Below, piece by piece: positions 12,818 to 27,674 of a stretch of 64,000 nt of DNA. Within the stretch, counting starts at the first letter, position 1; each line of letters opens with the position of its first letter. Where the stretch lies: the NCBI RefSeq assembly GCF_004010195.1, contig NC_057711.1:63938090-64002089 (forward strand), given 5' to 3'. The notes under the pieces were generated by a model. The model was given only the letters and a program-made list of their open reading frames with translations. It was not told where the DNA came from and did not search any database. A program made the translations under genes and the position numbers. This DNA comes from Chiloscyllium plagiosum. Lineage: Eukaryota.

Positions 12818-14799
12818 TAGCCAATCTTCTACCCAAGCCAGCACATTAACACTAACCACGTGCCATCTTAATTGATGCATTAAGCTCTTGTGCAGCACCT
12901 ACTCATATGTCTCCTTGCAGACTGGATATACATTTACAGGACCCCATTACCTGCTTTGCTCGTTACATCTTCGAAGAACTCTCATGAATTAGTTAAACAT
13001 TATCTACTTTTCAGAAAATCATGTTTACTTTGATGGATTGCATTTTGACTCTCCAAACATCTTGTTGCTACCTCCTTAATAATGGATTCCAATAATTTCC
13101 CAACAACATACATTAAACCAATTTATCTATAATTTCTACTTTCTGCCTCCATCCATTTCCGAATAAGGGCATTACATTAGCATTTTTCCCATGGACTGGA
13201 ACCTACCCACAAACAGGGAATACTGGAATACTATAACCACTGGATCCATTATCTCTGCTGACACTTCATTTAAAGGCCCTAGGAAATCAGCCATCAGGCC
13301 CTGAGAACTTGCATGCCTTTGGTCCCAGTCATTTGTTCAGTACATTTTCCTAGTAATGGTGATTATTTTAAGTTCCTCCTTTCCTCTAATCTCTGCTTAC
13401 CTGTTATTATTGGGATGGTTTCAGTTTGTCTCACCATGAAAGCTGAGGCAAAGTATTGATTTAGTCTCACCGGAATTATGTTCCCCATTATTAACTCCCC
13501 AGTCTCATTGTCCAAGGAATCAACATTCACTTTAGCTATTTTCTTCCTTTACACTTGTTGAAACATTTGCTATCCATCTTGATATTTCGCACTGGTCTTT
13601 AACAATTAACCTTTGTTCTCTTTATTACTCTTTTTAGTAACTTTCAAAGCTTTAAAAGCTTTCAAAACCTCCAGCCAGCCATTACCCTTGGCAATATGGC
13701 ACGTCTTAGGTTTTGCCCTCATGTTATCTTTAACATCCATATTTAGCCATGGATACTTTTCCTCCTTTTACAAACTTGCTTCGTTGCTGGAATATATTGC
13801 AGTTGGAAGGAACTGAATTATCTCCTCAAATGTCTGCTGCTATTCATCAACTATTTTCCTGTTCAGTCTTTCTGCCCTATCCACTGAGGCAGAATCTGAC
13901 TCATGCCAGATTACCTTGAACACCAGAACACTAATATGGAACTCCTATTTCCCTTCCTCAAACTGTTAACACTCATCCCTAGAGGCTATTTTACTACAAG
14001 ATCATTAATTAATCCTATCGCATTACAGAATACTAAATACAAAATAAAATGCTCCCTGTTTCCCCAACATATTATTTCTTGGAGCAATCTCTAATACACG
14101 ATGAATTCTCCAAGGCTAACCTTGCCAAATGTAATTAATCCAGCATATATGCCTATCACCCATGATTACTGTCACATTTTTCTGACAACCTTCCACTGTG
14201 TTTTATACTGTATCTTGGAATATAACTTCTCCCAGGAGTTTATTTTCTTGGCCATTTCATTTTGTTATTTCACCCAGTTGGATTCTACATCTTGATCCTA
14301 CCTTGTGTTTCCTGCAAACTAATGAAAGCATCTGCAGAAGGAAAACATGAGAAACAGCATTCTGATCAGCATATCAACCACCTCAGCAGATTCTGCGTAA
14401 AAAGAACCACTGACCTGCTTTCCCAGATTTAGCAGCGTTCATAACAACCATGCTTTTGTTTCCTGTACACACATCTTTGTCTATGATTGGCTTTATAATG
14501 GGTTCAGAGTTTAACCCAATAGGATTATATGCTAATAATTATAATTGTCTCCATGTAGCTCGAATCCATTTACTTGGAACAGCAATTCTTGTTAGGTACA
14601 GAAATCCTACCTGTCATCTTGGTTTCGAAAATCAGGCAAATTGGAGAATTTTCGTACTTCTACGCAACCTTTAAATATTGGGAATACTCTGGGTTTAGCC
14701 GGGCTTGACTTCCAATGCACCAGCCCAACAACCACTTCCAACACAAGTATATTTTTTTCTTAAATGTGGAGACCAAAATTGTGCACAGTACACCAGATA

Positions 14800-15550
14800 A
14801 AATGGCAAAGGAAATAAACCAGTCTTAATGGTAAGTTCCTGGGGAACGGTGCTGAACAAAGAGACCTTGAAATGCAAGCTCATAGTTCCTTGAAAGTAGA
14901 GTCGCAGGTAGCTAGGATAATGAAGGTGGTGTTTGCTATGCCTTCTTTTAATGGTCACAGCATTGTGCATAGGAATAGGGAGGTCATCTCGCAGCTGTAC
15001 AAGATGTTGGCTAGGCCACTTTTGGAATATTGCATGCAATTCTGGTGTCCTTCCCATCAGAAAGATGTTGTGAAAGGTTCGGAAAAGATTTACAAGGATG
15101 TTACCAGGGTTGGAGGATTTGAACTATAGGGAGAGGCTGAATAGGCTGGGGCTGCTTTCCTGGAGCGTCAGAGGCTGAGGGGCCACCTTAGAGGTTTATA
15201 AAATCATAAGGGGCATGGATAGGATAAACAGACAAAGGTCTTTTCCATAAGGTGAGAAGCCCAGAACTAGAGGGCATAGGTTTAGGATGAGAGGGGTAAG
15301 ATATAAAAGGGACCTAACGGGTAACTTTTTTAGGCAGACCGTGGTGCATGTATAGAATGAGCTGCCAGATAAAGTGGTGGAGGCTGGTACAAATTCCACA
15401 TTTAAATGATATCTGGTTGCGTATATGAATAGGAAGAGTTTAGAAGGATATGGGCCAAGTGCTGGCAAATGGGACTAGATTATATTAGGATATCCAGTTG
15501 GCATGGGCAGGCTGGTCCAAAGGGTCTGTTTCCATGATGTGCGTGACTAT
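14800..15550 (+). mobile_element. CR1 LINE 3' portion (RT C-terminus and 3' UTR)
   Basis: QLYKMLARPLLEYCMQFW motif followed by the conserved CR1 tail. Confidence 0.85.
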
Positions 15551-16563
15551 GTAGTGCTATTAAAATCCTCCACGATTGTATTAAGACTTCATTATATTTT
15601 TACTTGCAAGACACTCTGTAATTAAGGACTAGCCCTTTCTCTTTACGGTCTCTGTACTAATCATTTTCTCGTACTTTGTAATAAAATCCAGATGCCATTT
15701 ACTTTAATTGCTTGTTATACCTCCATGGTATGTGTACCTTGTAAGAGTTCATAGAGTGCAAGTTTTACACTTTTAAAGTGATCTGCTGGTAAACATTCAA
15801 CACAAGTGGTTTCCTTTGGTTTTGCTGCACCGTTCTAATAAATTTCTTCTGCATGCCAATAATTGTTGTGGACCTGCTTTATAAATATTTGGCATAAATT
15901 CCTCAGGTCTATATTCTAAAATGCATTATGATATGAAAGGCACTACCAGGAAGAGCACTTGAAGCAAGTTGAGTGTGCATGGAAAAGTAAATTGGATAAA
16001 TTCTCAAAGGGAAACATTTACAAGACGACAGAAAGAGCAGGGGTGTGATGAGCATGGGGCCAAGGAGAAGGGTCGTGTTCTGCACTGTAATATTGTGTCA
16101 CATAATTCCTACATGATGATTCACAAATATCTCAAGCAAATGTATACCAGTCTATTTGAGTAATTCTAATAGCAAAGTTAACAATTTAGAGATGTCTCAG
16201 AAGGGTCGGACAAACCTAGCCTGAAAATCATGTTGCGATCTTACTGAACAGTCACAGCCTTCGAGAAAATAAGCAACATGAAGTATTTTTTTATTCAAGT
16301 TGCAGCCTTCCGTGCTTGGCAACTTGTAAATTGAAAGAAACATTAGAACGCGCTCCCATACACTAAGCAGCTCACTGTTGTCATCTCAATCGCCCCACCC
16401 AACAAAACGAGCGGTGAGCTGTCAGTTGAAGACCCTGTCCCTACAGTAGGAGTGGCGGAGGGGATATTGCCCCCACTCCCCGGTTTACCCGCCTCCCCAT
16501 GCCCCCGGACATGGCTGGCGGGTCAGGCCGAGTTTACAGACCCCTCTGCAGAGGCCTGCCCGA

Positions 16564-16759
16564 TTCTGGATTAGTGGTGCTGGAAGAGCACAGCAGTTCA
16601 GGCAGCATCCGAGGAACAGCATTCGTCATCCTGATGAAGGGCTTTTGCCCGAAACGTCGATTTTGCTGCTCCACGGATGCTGCCTGAACTGCTGTGCTCT
16701 TCCAGCACCACTGATCCAGAATGTGGTTTCCAGCGTCTGCAGTCATTGTTTTTTACCTG
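16564..16759 (+). mobile_element. Hammerhead-family A insertion with a long internal inverted repeat, in PGGT1B intron 1
   Basis: 13-bp TSD GAGGCCTGCCCGA (16551-16563 / 16760-16772); core CTGATGAAGGGCTTTTGCCCGAAACGTC; 16564-16615 is complementary to 16670-16721. Confidence 0.85.
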
Positions 16760-16825
16760 GAGGCCTGCCCGAGCCCGTCTCGCTTCATCTCCCACCTCCC
16801 AGACCCGATTCGGAGCCCGCCCTTA

Positions 16826-17100
<275 letters not shown>

Positions 17101-19039
17101 AACCAAGTAAAGGCAAGCCCTTACACTCTGCAACGGTTTGCATCCAGTTAGTTAAGTACGAATTGTTACAGAGTTTCAAAATACCGTCACGTTTCTCCAT
17201 GTCAAGGCTACGTTACGTAGTTTAAAAGGAGCAATCGTGGTTGAAATAAACTTCAACAGTTTGGTTAAAAAATGTATGATAATGCCTTCCTTTCCCCTTC
17301 CTAATTCCCGCTTTTTGAACAAATTTTGGAACCGATAAACTGTTCTACAATTAGGAAGGGGAAAGGAAGGCATTATCATATCAAAAAGTAGAGGACCCAG
17401 TGCCGATCCTTGTGGCATTTGTTTTACTATTTATCTCCAACCAATTGGATTCTACATTTTGATCCTCCAAACTGTTATTTTTCCACTATTGTACTGATAC
17501 TGTTCTTTAGAAACAAAAATTCAATTTCCTGTTACTTTCTGACTTTTTCTGAAATGCCAAATACCCTTGAATATTTAGTTCTCAGCCCTGCTCAATTTCA
17601 TATCATATTTATTTATATAATCTATTTTTCTAATCAACCTGTCAGAGATGTTTTTAACACACCTCTTGAACAAGTGCAACTTGGTCTCAGTCCAGGGGCA
17701 AGGACACCACTATTGCACCATAAGAGCCCCTCCTCATTAACTTATTTTGGTGCAATTAATTTATCCATTATAACTCAGAAAGAACCTTTATTGTACTATT
17801 TTTATCAATTTTCACTACTGACCTTGTTGCTGTTTATGCACTCTATCCCTTTCCACATCATTACCTGTATTGCTAATCTGCACGACTGAGTCATCTTCTC
17901 TCAAATTGTACAAATCTCCGTGCATGAACTCTTCCCTCCGCCCACTATTTAATTTAAAGCTTGCCCTCCAGCCCTGGTTGTACAATCTGTCAGTACACCA
18001 GTCCCAGCGTGCTTCAGGTAAACACTGTACCAACTGTTCTCTTCCTCCAGACCCTGATGCTGTGTTTCATGAATTGAAATAGCATTTCACCCATAGCAAT
18101 CTGCATCATCCATTCAAATCTGATTTTATTTACCCTATGACAATTTGCATTATGTTCTGGTATTAATCCAGATATTATTACCTTTGTATTCATGCTTTAA
18201 ATTTAGCTCCCAGGTTTCACATTTCTTCAGCAGAAACCTTTTTTGGTCTTAGTTGTTGGAATGCATGTGGACTGTGATAATTGTGTCCATCCCCTCTCCA
18301 AATTCCACTCCAACCTTGAGAAAAATTCATAATCCTGGAATTTGGTAGGCAACATAATCTTTAGAACCATATTGCAGCTACAGTGAACAGTACTTATTCC
18401 CATTTCTATACTGTCATGTACAACTACATTACTTTATACTCCACCCTATTTTACACGAATGGCTCCTTGCACCAATGTTTTGTGGGCAGTTTGTCCATCC
18501 ACCCTGCAGTCTCAAACTCTTGTCTACAAAAGTTACAGGAAATCAAATCTAATGGACAACTGCAAAGGCTAAAGTTCCTGTGTTGCTAGATCTCGATTCC
18601 CATACCTGTCTTCCTCACCTCCCTGAATATACAGCAACTAAGAGGTGTGAATACCTTCCCAAATTTTGCAAAGCTCAAACTTCAGCTCATCAACTTCAAG
18701 CTGAAGTTCCTTAAGGTGAAGCCACTTAGTACAAATTTGGCTGACATTGTGAATCGCACTACTTTCTACCAGTTCCCACATTACAGCTGGAACACATTAA
18801 CTACTCTTATGTAAAATTTACCTAATTAGGTTGAGTTTTGAAACACTAAATTTTTGTCCATAGTTATACCAAGCAGTTTAACTAGTTTAGCCATACATTT
18901 AATGTAACACAATACTGCTTTTAACTATTACCCATGTTTTAGAGGAATTACATTTTAGCAGTTCAATCACTTACTTATTCCATTAAAGCTTTGAAAACTC
19001 ATCAGCTTGAGGCCGAAGTGAAAAAAGATCAGATGGGAT

Positions 19040-20195
19040 GCCTGGGGAGCTGGTCAATAAGATAAAAAATTGGCTTTAAGGGAGGAGACAAAGAGTGATG
19101 GTCGAGGGTTGCTTTTCAGACAGCAGGCCTGTGACCAGCAGTATACCACAAGGATTAGTGCTGGGTCCATGGCTTTTTGACATTTATATAAATGATTTGG
19201 ATGTGAACGTAGGAGGTATGATTACTAAGTTTGCAGATGACACAAAAGAAATAGGTGGTGTATTGGACAGCGAAGGTGATTATCTCAGAGTACATTGGGA
19301 CCTTGGGCTGAGGAATACCAGATGGAATTTAAATTAGATAAATGTGAGGTGTTGCATTTTGGTAAGGCAAACCAGGGCAGGATGTATACAATTAATGATA
19401 TGGGCTGAAAATGTGTTGCTGGAAAAGCGCAGCAGGTCAGGCAGCATCCAAGGAACAGGATTCCAGCAACACATTTTCAGCTCTGATCTCCAGCATCTGC
19501 AGTCCTCACTTTCTCCTCGAAGAATTAATGATATGGCCCAGGGGAGTGTTGCCCAAAAGAGACCTTGTGGTGCAGGTGCATAGTTTTTTGAAAGTGGACT
19601 TGCAAGTAGACAGGATGGTAAAGGAAGCATTTAGCACACTTGCTGTCATTGATCAGAACTTTATGAGTGTAGGAGTTGGGATACCATACTGCAGCAATAC
19701 AAGACATTTATGAGGTCACTTTTGGAATACTGCATACGATACTGTCACTCTTATATAGGAAGGATGTTGGTAAACTTAAGAGAGTTCAGAAAAGATTTAT
19801 AAGCATATTTGGACTGGAGGGTTTAAGTTATAGGAAGAGGCTGAATAGGCTGGGGCCATTTTCCCGTGGAGCATTGGAGGCTGAGGGGAGACCTTGGAGG
19901 TTTATAAAATCATGAGGGGCATGGATAGAGTGACTAGTCAAGATCTTTCTCTCCAGAGAATGAGAGTCCAAAACTACAGTCATATGTTTAAGGTGAGAGG
20001 GGAAAGATTTAAAAAGGATCTAAGGGGCAACTTTTTTAAGCAGAGGGTGGTGCACGTATCGAATTAGCTGCCAGAAAAGTGGCGGAGGTTGGTACAATTA
20101 CAACATTTAAAAGGTATCTGGATAGGTATATGAATAGGTAGGGTCTAGAGGGTTATGGATCAAATGCGGGCAAATGGTACTAGATCAATTTGGGA
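19040..20195 (+). mobile_element. CR1 LINE RT fragment, decayed
   Basis: [31 protein letters not shown] plus the CR1 3' tail; interrupted at 19404-19522. Confidence 0.85.
19404..19522. mobile_element. Family A short insertion made of two inverted halves (ribozyme core absent)
   Basis: 14-bp TSD AATTAATGATATGG (19390-19403 / 19523-19536). Confidence 0.8.
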
Positions 20196-20507
20196 TTCCA
20201 CTACTCCATGTGTAAATCCCCTCTTTTGGTCGCTACTCAGTCCTCATTCTCTTTTAACTACACTTTTACTGTTTATGTGCCTAAGATGACTTCAGCATTT
20301 CCTTTTGTTAGCTGCTAGTTTTTTCTTATAGTTCTTCTTTTCTTTGCTCATTTTTTCTCACTACACCACCCCCTCCACCCCCAAAACTTTCATTATTACC
20401 ATTGGTTCTCAAGTTGCTCAAGATTTGAACACTTCCATTGAATCTCTATCATCCTCCTCTTCTGGGGAAAACAAACCCAACTTCCCCTATGTTTCCATAT
20501 AACGCAA

Positions 20508-21000
20508 GTTGAAAGGGTTCAGAAAAGATTAACAAGGATGTTGCCAGGGTTGGAGGATTTGAGCTATAGGGAGAGGCTGAACAGGCTGGGGCTGTTTTCC
20601 CTGGAGAATCAGAGGCTGAGGGGTGACCTTTTGGAAGTTTACAAAATTATGAGGGGCATGGATAGGGTAAATAGGCAAAGTCTTTTCCCTGGGGTTGGGG
20701 AGTCCAGAACTAAACGGCATAGGTTTAGGGTGAGAGGGGAAAGATATAAAAGAGACCTAAGGGGCAACTTTTTCACACAGAGTGTGGTACGGGTATGGAA
20801 TGAGCTGCCAGAGGAAGTGGTGGAGGCTGGTACAACTGCAACATTGAAGAGGCATTTGGATGGGTATATGAATAGGAAGTGTTTGGAGGGATATGGGCCG
20901 GGTGCTGGCAGGTGGGTCTAGATTGGGTTGGGATATCTGGTCGGCATGGATGGGTTGGACCGAAGGGTCTGTTTCCATACTCTACATCTCTATGACTCTA
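20508..21000 (+). mobile_element. Young CR1 (HER1-like) 3' end
   Basis: Open frame MLPGLEDLSYRERLNRLGLFSLE..RLRGDL..WNELPEEVVEAG, ending CTCTATGACTCTA. Confidence 0.9.
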
Positions 21001-22191
21001 AGTTCCTAGATCGAGACAATTCTTGTGAATGTTTTGTACGTCCTGTCAAAAGCCTTCATTCCTTCCTAAGATTTAGTTACCAGAATTGGATACAATAATT
21101 CAGTTGAGTCTACACCAGTGTTTTATGTTATATCCCGATTTAGAAGGCCAAGGATTATTTTTTAAAAACTTATTTTCGCGCTGCCCTGCCTTCTTCAATG
21201 ATTGGTGCATATATAAACCCAGGTCTCTTTATTCCTGTGGCACCCATTTTTACAACTGTACCCTTTTCCTTTATTCACTCCAAAAATGCATCACTTCTGG
21301 GTTCTCTGCCAAGATTCTGCCCAATTCATCAGCCTGTCCATGTCCTCTTGCATCTTATCCCTATCCTCCTCTCAATTCACAAGTTGAAAATATTGCCATC
21401 TAAAAATGCTGAAATTGTGCCCTGTACTCCCAGCTTTTAAGACATTATTATAGTTCAAGGAGCAACTAGAGGAACAATGTTGTAGAACTGAAGTAAGTTA
21501 GAGATAGAAACTGCAATGCTGCAAAGAGGTTCAAAAGTAGATTAAAATTTAAAATTGGATCAATAGCTCAAGGCTAGGGCTACCAGATGAATATCAATAT
21601 TGCAGCTTTATTACCCCATATCTCTGCCAAGCCCCTTAGAATATCCACTCTTCTCTCATATCAATTGGTCATTTAAAATATGTACACTTATAGAATTTAT
21701 ATTTATTTTTAGTTCTAACCTGTGTCATAATGTCTTCCTCAGGATATTTTTGTGTTTGAGTGGTGATGTTATTCTTTACCAGCACATACCCTTGTTTCCC
21801 TTTGTATCGATTCTAAAATTATAATAATCTGGAATATTAAATTGTCACTGCTGTCTAAACCCAAGAAATTCGGTCTGAAGAAGGGTCACAGAACTCAAAA
21901 TGTTAACTGTTTTCTCTCCACAGATGCTTCCACACCTGCTGGATTTCTCCTATTTTGTTTTTATCAGTCCAAATCCTAGCTTTAACTATCATGCTGGTCC
22001 AGTTATTAATACTTCTCACTCTCCAATTCTACTTTGATAGCTTTGTGCATTCACACATACACCATCTCCATTTTTTTCTGATCGTTAACATTTATTTCCC
22101 TTCCTAATTTTCAGAAGAATATTTTTGCCATTTTACAACTTGAACTAACTCATCAACTACTTACTTCATTTCCTTTAAAAGCCTTGCACAA

Positions 22192-22197
22192 TTTATT
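22192..22197 (-). terminator. Candidate polyadenylation signal of CCDC112
   Basis: AATAAA on the minus strand ~70 nt after the stop codon. Confidence 0.45.
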
Positions 22198-22264
22198 TAA
22201 TTATACAGACAATATATACTTCTAATGGTCATTACAATTCTTCAAAACTCATGGAATAATACTG

Positions 22265-22295
22265 TTATATCCCTTGCCTCCAAGATGGAATAGCT
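22265..22295 (-). CDS. CCDC112: Coiled-coil domain-containing 112, coding exon 10 (last)
   Basis: tttttcag|A AIPSWRQGI TAA; matches human RAIPTWRQGI. Confidence 0.92.
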
Positions 22296-22411
22296 CTGAA
22301 AAACAATACAGCAAATAAAACGGTTACATATGGAAACAAAGCAAAGCAAATGTTCAAGTTTGTTTTATTTGTTTCATATTAAGAGATTTTTTTCTCATGA
22401 TAATCACTTAC

Positions 22412-22530
22412 CGATGGGGAAGAAATAGCATAGGGACACCACCATTTTGGCCTGTCTCTTTTATGTGTTGCTCCCACCCTTTGGTAGGTTTCAATAGTCT
22501 AGATGGATCTCTTTGTATCTGAGCATCAAT
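22412..22530 (-). CDS. CCDC112: CCDC112 coding exon 9
   Basis: ag|IDAQIQRDPSRLLKPTKGWEQHIKETGQNGGVPMLFLPH CG|gtaagt; matches RDPSRLYKPTKGWE. Confidence 0.95.
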
Positions 22531-23184
22531 CTATGTAAATTTAGAGCATAACAAGAGTTTAATTTGTTAAACCTCTTTCCAAGGGCAACAGACAATTAAT
22601 TCAGAAGCAGTTATCTTTCCCTCTCCAAAAGATGGTATTTGATATTAAGCTATGGCTGTATAGATACTTAACTTGGAAGTAACTTATCTAAATGGCTCTG
22701 CGTGTAAATGAAACTGGGCAGTAGTAAAACTAAGCTTGTCATCATGCTGTCAATCCTTGGTAGTAACTGAAAACAAAAACAATCTAATTTTACCTCTCCT
22801 GAACATCAATTCACTCAGGACCAGTAGTTGAACCTGGGGCCATCCTTAGCCTGTATGGTACAACATCACATTAATACTCATTGAGTCAGAGGCTCAATAA
22901 TACTTAATTTTTATGCAGGATTATATTAAAAAAACTAGCTGAATGGGCATTTTATCTACAAAACAAAGAGTGGATGCCATCGGTTATATACATTTCCCCA
23001 ATCCAAATTCAAGTAGTAGTAGTTTCCTACTGCACTATTTAGGGGGACTTTCAGTGAGTTATGTGATATCAGAATGAAGTAGATAAATTTCAGAATTTTG
23101 TTCATTTGGGAAAATAGAGGCACTCACCTTCATTTTGTTCACCAGCTCAAATTTAACTTCAAGCCAACTCTCTCAGTGTAATTA

Positions 23185-23410
23185 TGGCTACCATTTCCAT
23201 AAGGTTGCCATAGTCCCAGAGGACAATAGGGCGGCTCTCTCACACCAGAACAACAAGTGGTGGCGGTTTAACCTGAGGATGACCACGCTTCGGGCAGGGG
23301 AGAAGTTGAGAAGGAGAGTCCTTCATGGTAACCCCAGCTGCTGTAGGAATTGAACCCATACTGTTGGCATCAGTCTACATTGCAAACCAGCCAATTCAGC
23401 AAATTGACAC
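23185..23410 (-). mobile_element. Old tRNA-derived SINE fragment
   Basis: Minus-strand B-box-like GGTTCAATTCC at ~23346-23357 with a SINE-like body; family not identified. Confidence 0.4.
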
Positions 23411-24645
23411 TATCTCCCTTCTGTAACACATGACAGCATTTAAGAAATGCAAACAGCCATTAAGATCAAATCCTGCCAATTTAAGTTTTCAAATAACATC
23501 TGAAGACTTTTTCTCTTAACTTAGTTAACGTGACTTCTGATCAGGATGCTAATTATAAACCCACCATCAAAACGGGCATTAACAGCCCATCCTTATGCCT
23601 TTGAACTGAATAGCTTAAAAAAGGGCAGTTAAAATTCTGTGCTTCTGGATTCATATGTATGGCAAACCAGGTGAGGATGGCAGGTTTAATTCGCTAAAGG
23701 GCATTAGAGGAGCTTTTACAATAACTGATCATAGTTTCATAGACATCATAACCGAGGTTAGCTTTAAATACCAGATTTAGTAATTAAATTTAAACTGCAT
23801 CAGCAAACATGGTAAAATTTGAGCTGCTGTTGCCAAACAATTAGTCTCAACCTCTGGTTTACTAGCCCAGTGATATTACCGCTATGTCACTACCTCAAAA
23901 ATGACAATTTATATGAGATTTACCAATATTCCCTGCTGAGTACATCTAAATTGCACAATGTTCTCATAGTATTGTTTACCATATCATTTAAAAAGAACCT
24001 CTGGGACGGACAACAGATGCAGGGGAAATTCCACTTTCCTTGATCCAGTTGCTGAAGCAAGTAAAGCACTAGGATTAATAAAATATTAGAACCTCCATGG
24101 CTACAACATCTGCCATAAATTAGAGGAAGATAAATCTGAAGGAAGATATGAAACCTGAATTACAGAAATTATGAAGGCCTGAGGCACAAATTAGCTCAGA
24201 TGGATTGGGAAAATAGATTAAGAGGCAGGACTGTAGATAGGCAATTAACAGTCTTTAAATAAATATTACATGGCTTTCAGCCTCTGTACAATCCTTTAAA
24301 GAGCAAAACCTCAAAAAGGTCAGTTAACCACAAAAACAAAGGAAGTTTAGGATTACTTAAGATTAAATGAAGAGGCCAATAACGTTGCCAGAAATAGCAG
24401 TAAAACAAAGCATTGGGAGCTTTTTGAATATATGAAAGGAGGACCAAGAAACTGACAAAGGACAAGGAAAATAGAACATGAATGCAATCTAGCAAAAGTA
24501 AAATGGACTGTAAAGCCTCTATAGTTACATAAAAAGAAACATTTGGATAAAACAAAACTTGGATCCATTATAAGTAAATTCAGAAAAATTTATAATGGGG
24601 ACTAGAGAAATGGCAGAGAATCTTAATGCTAACTTCACATTTGTT

Positions 24646-25500
24646 TTCACCACCATATTATGATCCCTGCCTCCTAAGTGTTCCCTCATTTTAAGATCTT
24701 TTATAAAGTCTGGCTCATTACATAGCACTAAGTCCAGAATAGCCTGCTCCCTTGTGGGCTCCATCACAAGCTGTTCCAAAAATCGATCCTGTAAGCATTC
24801 CATAAACTCCCTTTCTTTGGATCCACCAGCAATATTACTCACCCAGCAATTTGCATATTGAAGTCCACATGATCAATGTGACCTTGCCTTTCTGACGTGC
24901 CCTACCTATTTCCCGGAACATCTTGCGCGTCCTGGTCCTGACCACTGCTGGGAAGTCTGTACATAACTCCCATTATGGTTTTTTTGCCTTTGTGATTCCT
25001 CAACTCCACCCACACAGACTTCACATCATCTGACCCTATGTCATTCAGTGCCATAAATTTAATTTCATTCTTAACTAACAAGGCAACCTGCCCTCTGCCC
25101 ACCTCCTTGTCTTTTCAATAAGTTGTAAATCCTTGGATGTTTAACTGCCAGTCCTAAAACCCCTTCAATCATGTCTCTGTGATGCCTACCACATCATAAT
25201 CATTCACGATGATTTGTGCCATTAATTCATCTACTTTGTTACGAATACTACGAGCATTCTGGTAGAGCGCCTTAATACTAATTTTTTTATCCTCATGATT
25301 TCCATCATCTCTAGTAATATGTCCTAAGTTATCCTTCCTTTTTGCTTCATTTCTATTCTGCCTTGAGCTTAAACTCTGCAGAATTGCTAACCTGCTGCTT
25401 ATCTTGCTACTTGATTCCATACTCGCTGTTGCTTTCCCTTTCCCTTCCCCCCGACTCACAAGTTTAAAGTCCTAGTGACCACCCTATTTATCCTTTTCGC
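24646..25500 (-). mobile_element. CR1 LINE ORF2 N-terminal apurinic endonuclease fragment
   Basis: IKALYQNARSIRNKVDEL..YDVVGITET, GQVALLVK, PTREQAILDLVLCN..EHLGGRDHNMV. Confidence 0.85.
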
Positions 25501-25988
25501 CATTGCTTTCCAATGCTACGGAAGGACAGAGGTAATTAAACTTGGAAATATTATCCACAAAAACAGACATTGCCATGCTGAAACTCTGTGCAGATTCACT
25601 ACTACATGGTTAATGCACAAGATGGCTCAAATCTGGGCAAGTACTATTACAGTGATAATTCCCTGTCTTAAAATTCATATCTTCAAAACTAAAAACTGTT
25701 GAATTTGAACATTCAAAAACTAGATCAGACTTTTAAGAACCAGTAGAGTTGGTTCTTTACTGGAAGAACCAAAACAGCAGATGTCCATGAGAATGCATTT
25801 TGATTACTAGCTACAAATATACCAGAGTACAGATATTTTAGCTTATTCGCCAGCTTATAAACAAGTAGCAATCTGAACCACCTGAAGCACTGTCCTTTAG
25901 GAAGTTCACGTGAACAAATGGAGTTAATCAAACTGTCTCCCAATCAGCCAGTTGTTTTTACTCATATTAAACACAGTATTTGCCAAAC

Positions 25989-26084
25989 CTTCTCTTTCAG
26001 TTTGGCTAATCGTTTCTCTTGCTCATCCTTCTTCTCTTGCTTCATTCGTTTTTCTGCTAATTTGCTTTCCAACTTTTGAAAATC
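25989..26084 (-). CDS. CCDC112: CCDC112 coding exon 8
   Basis: cag|DFQKLESKLAEKRMKQEKKDEQEKRLAKLKEK|gt, 96 nt. Confidence 0.93.
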
Positions 26085-26400
26085 CTGCATGGTATAAAAA
26101 AGATCTTCATTAATTGCCATATGATTACCTTTACTTCAAACCAAAATTCTAGCTTCCATTTTCTATTTCTTTCATGTAGAAATTGCAAGTGGAACCACTG
26201 TGTACTTGAATGCATGGCTATAAAGCATAAAAAGGCAACATACTTTAGGATTACACTGTAAAACTTCTCTTTAAAATGCAAATTTTTTTCTGTGTTTAAT
26301 AAAAATTAAGTTTTTTTCATATGACTATTGAAAATTAACTATACAAAAATTTCATCTCATTTAGCAATTTCATTTACAAATTACTTTATACAAGACCCAC

Positions 26401-26817
26401 CCGGTCTTGAAATCTGGAGATTTCTTTTGTCACAAGCCACTGCCTTTCCTCTCGTTCAGCTTCCTCTCTCATTTGTGCTTCCAGTTGTAGAAATTCTTCT
26501 TTCTCCTTCTTTTGTTCAGTAAAATCTTTGAGCATTCTTTTGATTTCAAGCCGCCTCTGACTGTCCTTCCTTTGTCTTTTCATTTTCTCTGCTTCTTCTT
26601 TCATTTGTTGTTCTTTCTCAAGAGCAAATTCCAGTTCTTTCTGTTTCTTCCACAATTGAAGCTGAGCTTCTCGCTCTTTTCTCTCTTTCTCAAGCCTAAG
26701 CCGTTTTGCCTTTTCTTTTGCTAGGCGCTCTGCATTTGTCTTCTCTTCCGCTTCTGTTTGCATCTTCAGTAACTTCATTTTCTCATTTTGCTTCTTTGTT
26801 TTCCATTTCTGAATAGC
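26401..26817 (-). CDS. CCDC112: CCDC112 coding exon 7
   Basis: cag|AIQKWKTKKQ...KEISRFQDR|gt, 417 nt, E/K/Q-rich coiled coil. Confidence 0.95.
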
Positions 26818-27289
26818 CTGCAAGGTAAATTCATCAGAGATTCATTTTAACTGTTATGACATTATCTATTTCAGAGGGTACAGATTCAAACTTTGAAAGT
26901 TCAGGGTTAATCTCAAATAATTTAATTTCAAATGCTAGGAGTTACACAAAAGCATTACTGACTCTCTGATGTTGAGTTTCTGCAGAAACAATTTATCACC
27001 ATGTTTCTTCATGTAAAATTGAGAGTGTGGACCTAAAGAATATTCTCATTTATTGAAGCTCTACTTGCTGTTTAGGATGTGATCACAATCTTATTCTTTG
27101 TATTTACTTAAAAAAAACAAAAGGCTACTGATGAGGAGATATAGCTACTTCTACAGAAATGCAGGGCATATTAAATTTTACCAGGAAGAATAATGTAGAA
27201 TGCCAGGGGAACAAAAACATCAGGCTTCTAAATTACATTCTACTCTGTACTTCAAAATGTTCTAACCAAATATTTCTACAAATTCCTAC

Positions 27290-27674
27290 CTCCTTCTGCC
27301 TCTCTTCTAGAAAGAGAAACTCTTGGTACCATTGCACATGTTGCATTACATCCTCACGGGTCCTCCCAACCAAATGCTGCAGAGCTTCTTCAATAAATGA
27401 TGCTTTTCCTTTATGTCTTGTCCAGACTTTAAGAAATTCCTGATGATCAAAATCATCCCAACCACCTTGGCGTCCAGTCTGCTGAAGGTACTTATCAAGT
27501 TCTGTAATTTCAACTAACACATTATCTGGACCAGAGTTAGTTGATATTCCTTTTGCTATAGCGGACTTGGGTATCACGGCTTCTAGTGGAATCAGGGCCC
27601 ACACTTCCATTTTTTTTTCAACAGCTGAAATTTCCTGAGTCGTAGCTTTTTCTTCCTTCAGAAGTTCTTCATAC
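27290..27674 (-). CDS. CCDC112: CCDC112 coding exon 6
   Basis: ag|G YEELLKEEK...YLQQTGRQGGWDDFDHQEFLKVW...FLFLEERQKE|gtagg, 385 nt; matches GGRQGAWDDYDHQNF. Confidence 0.95.
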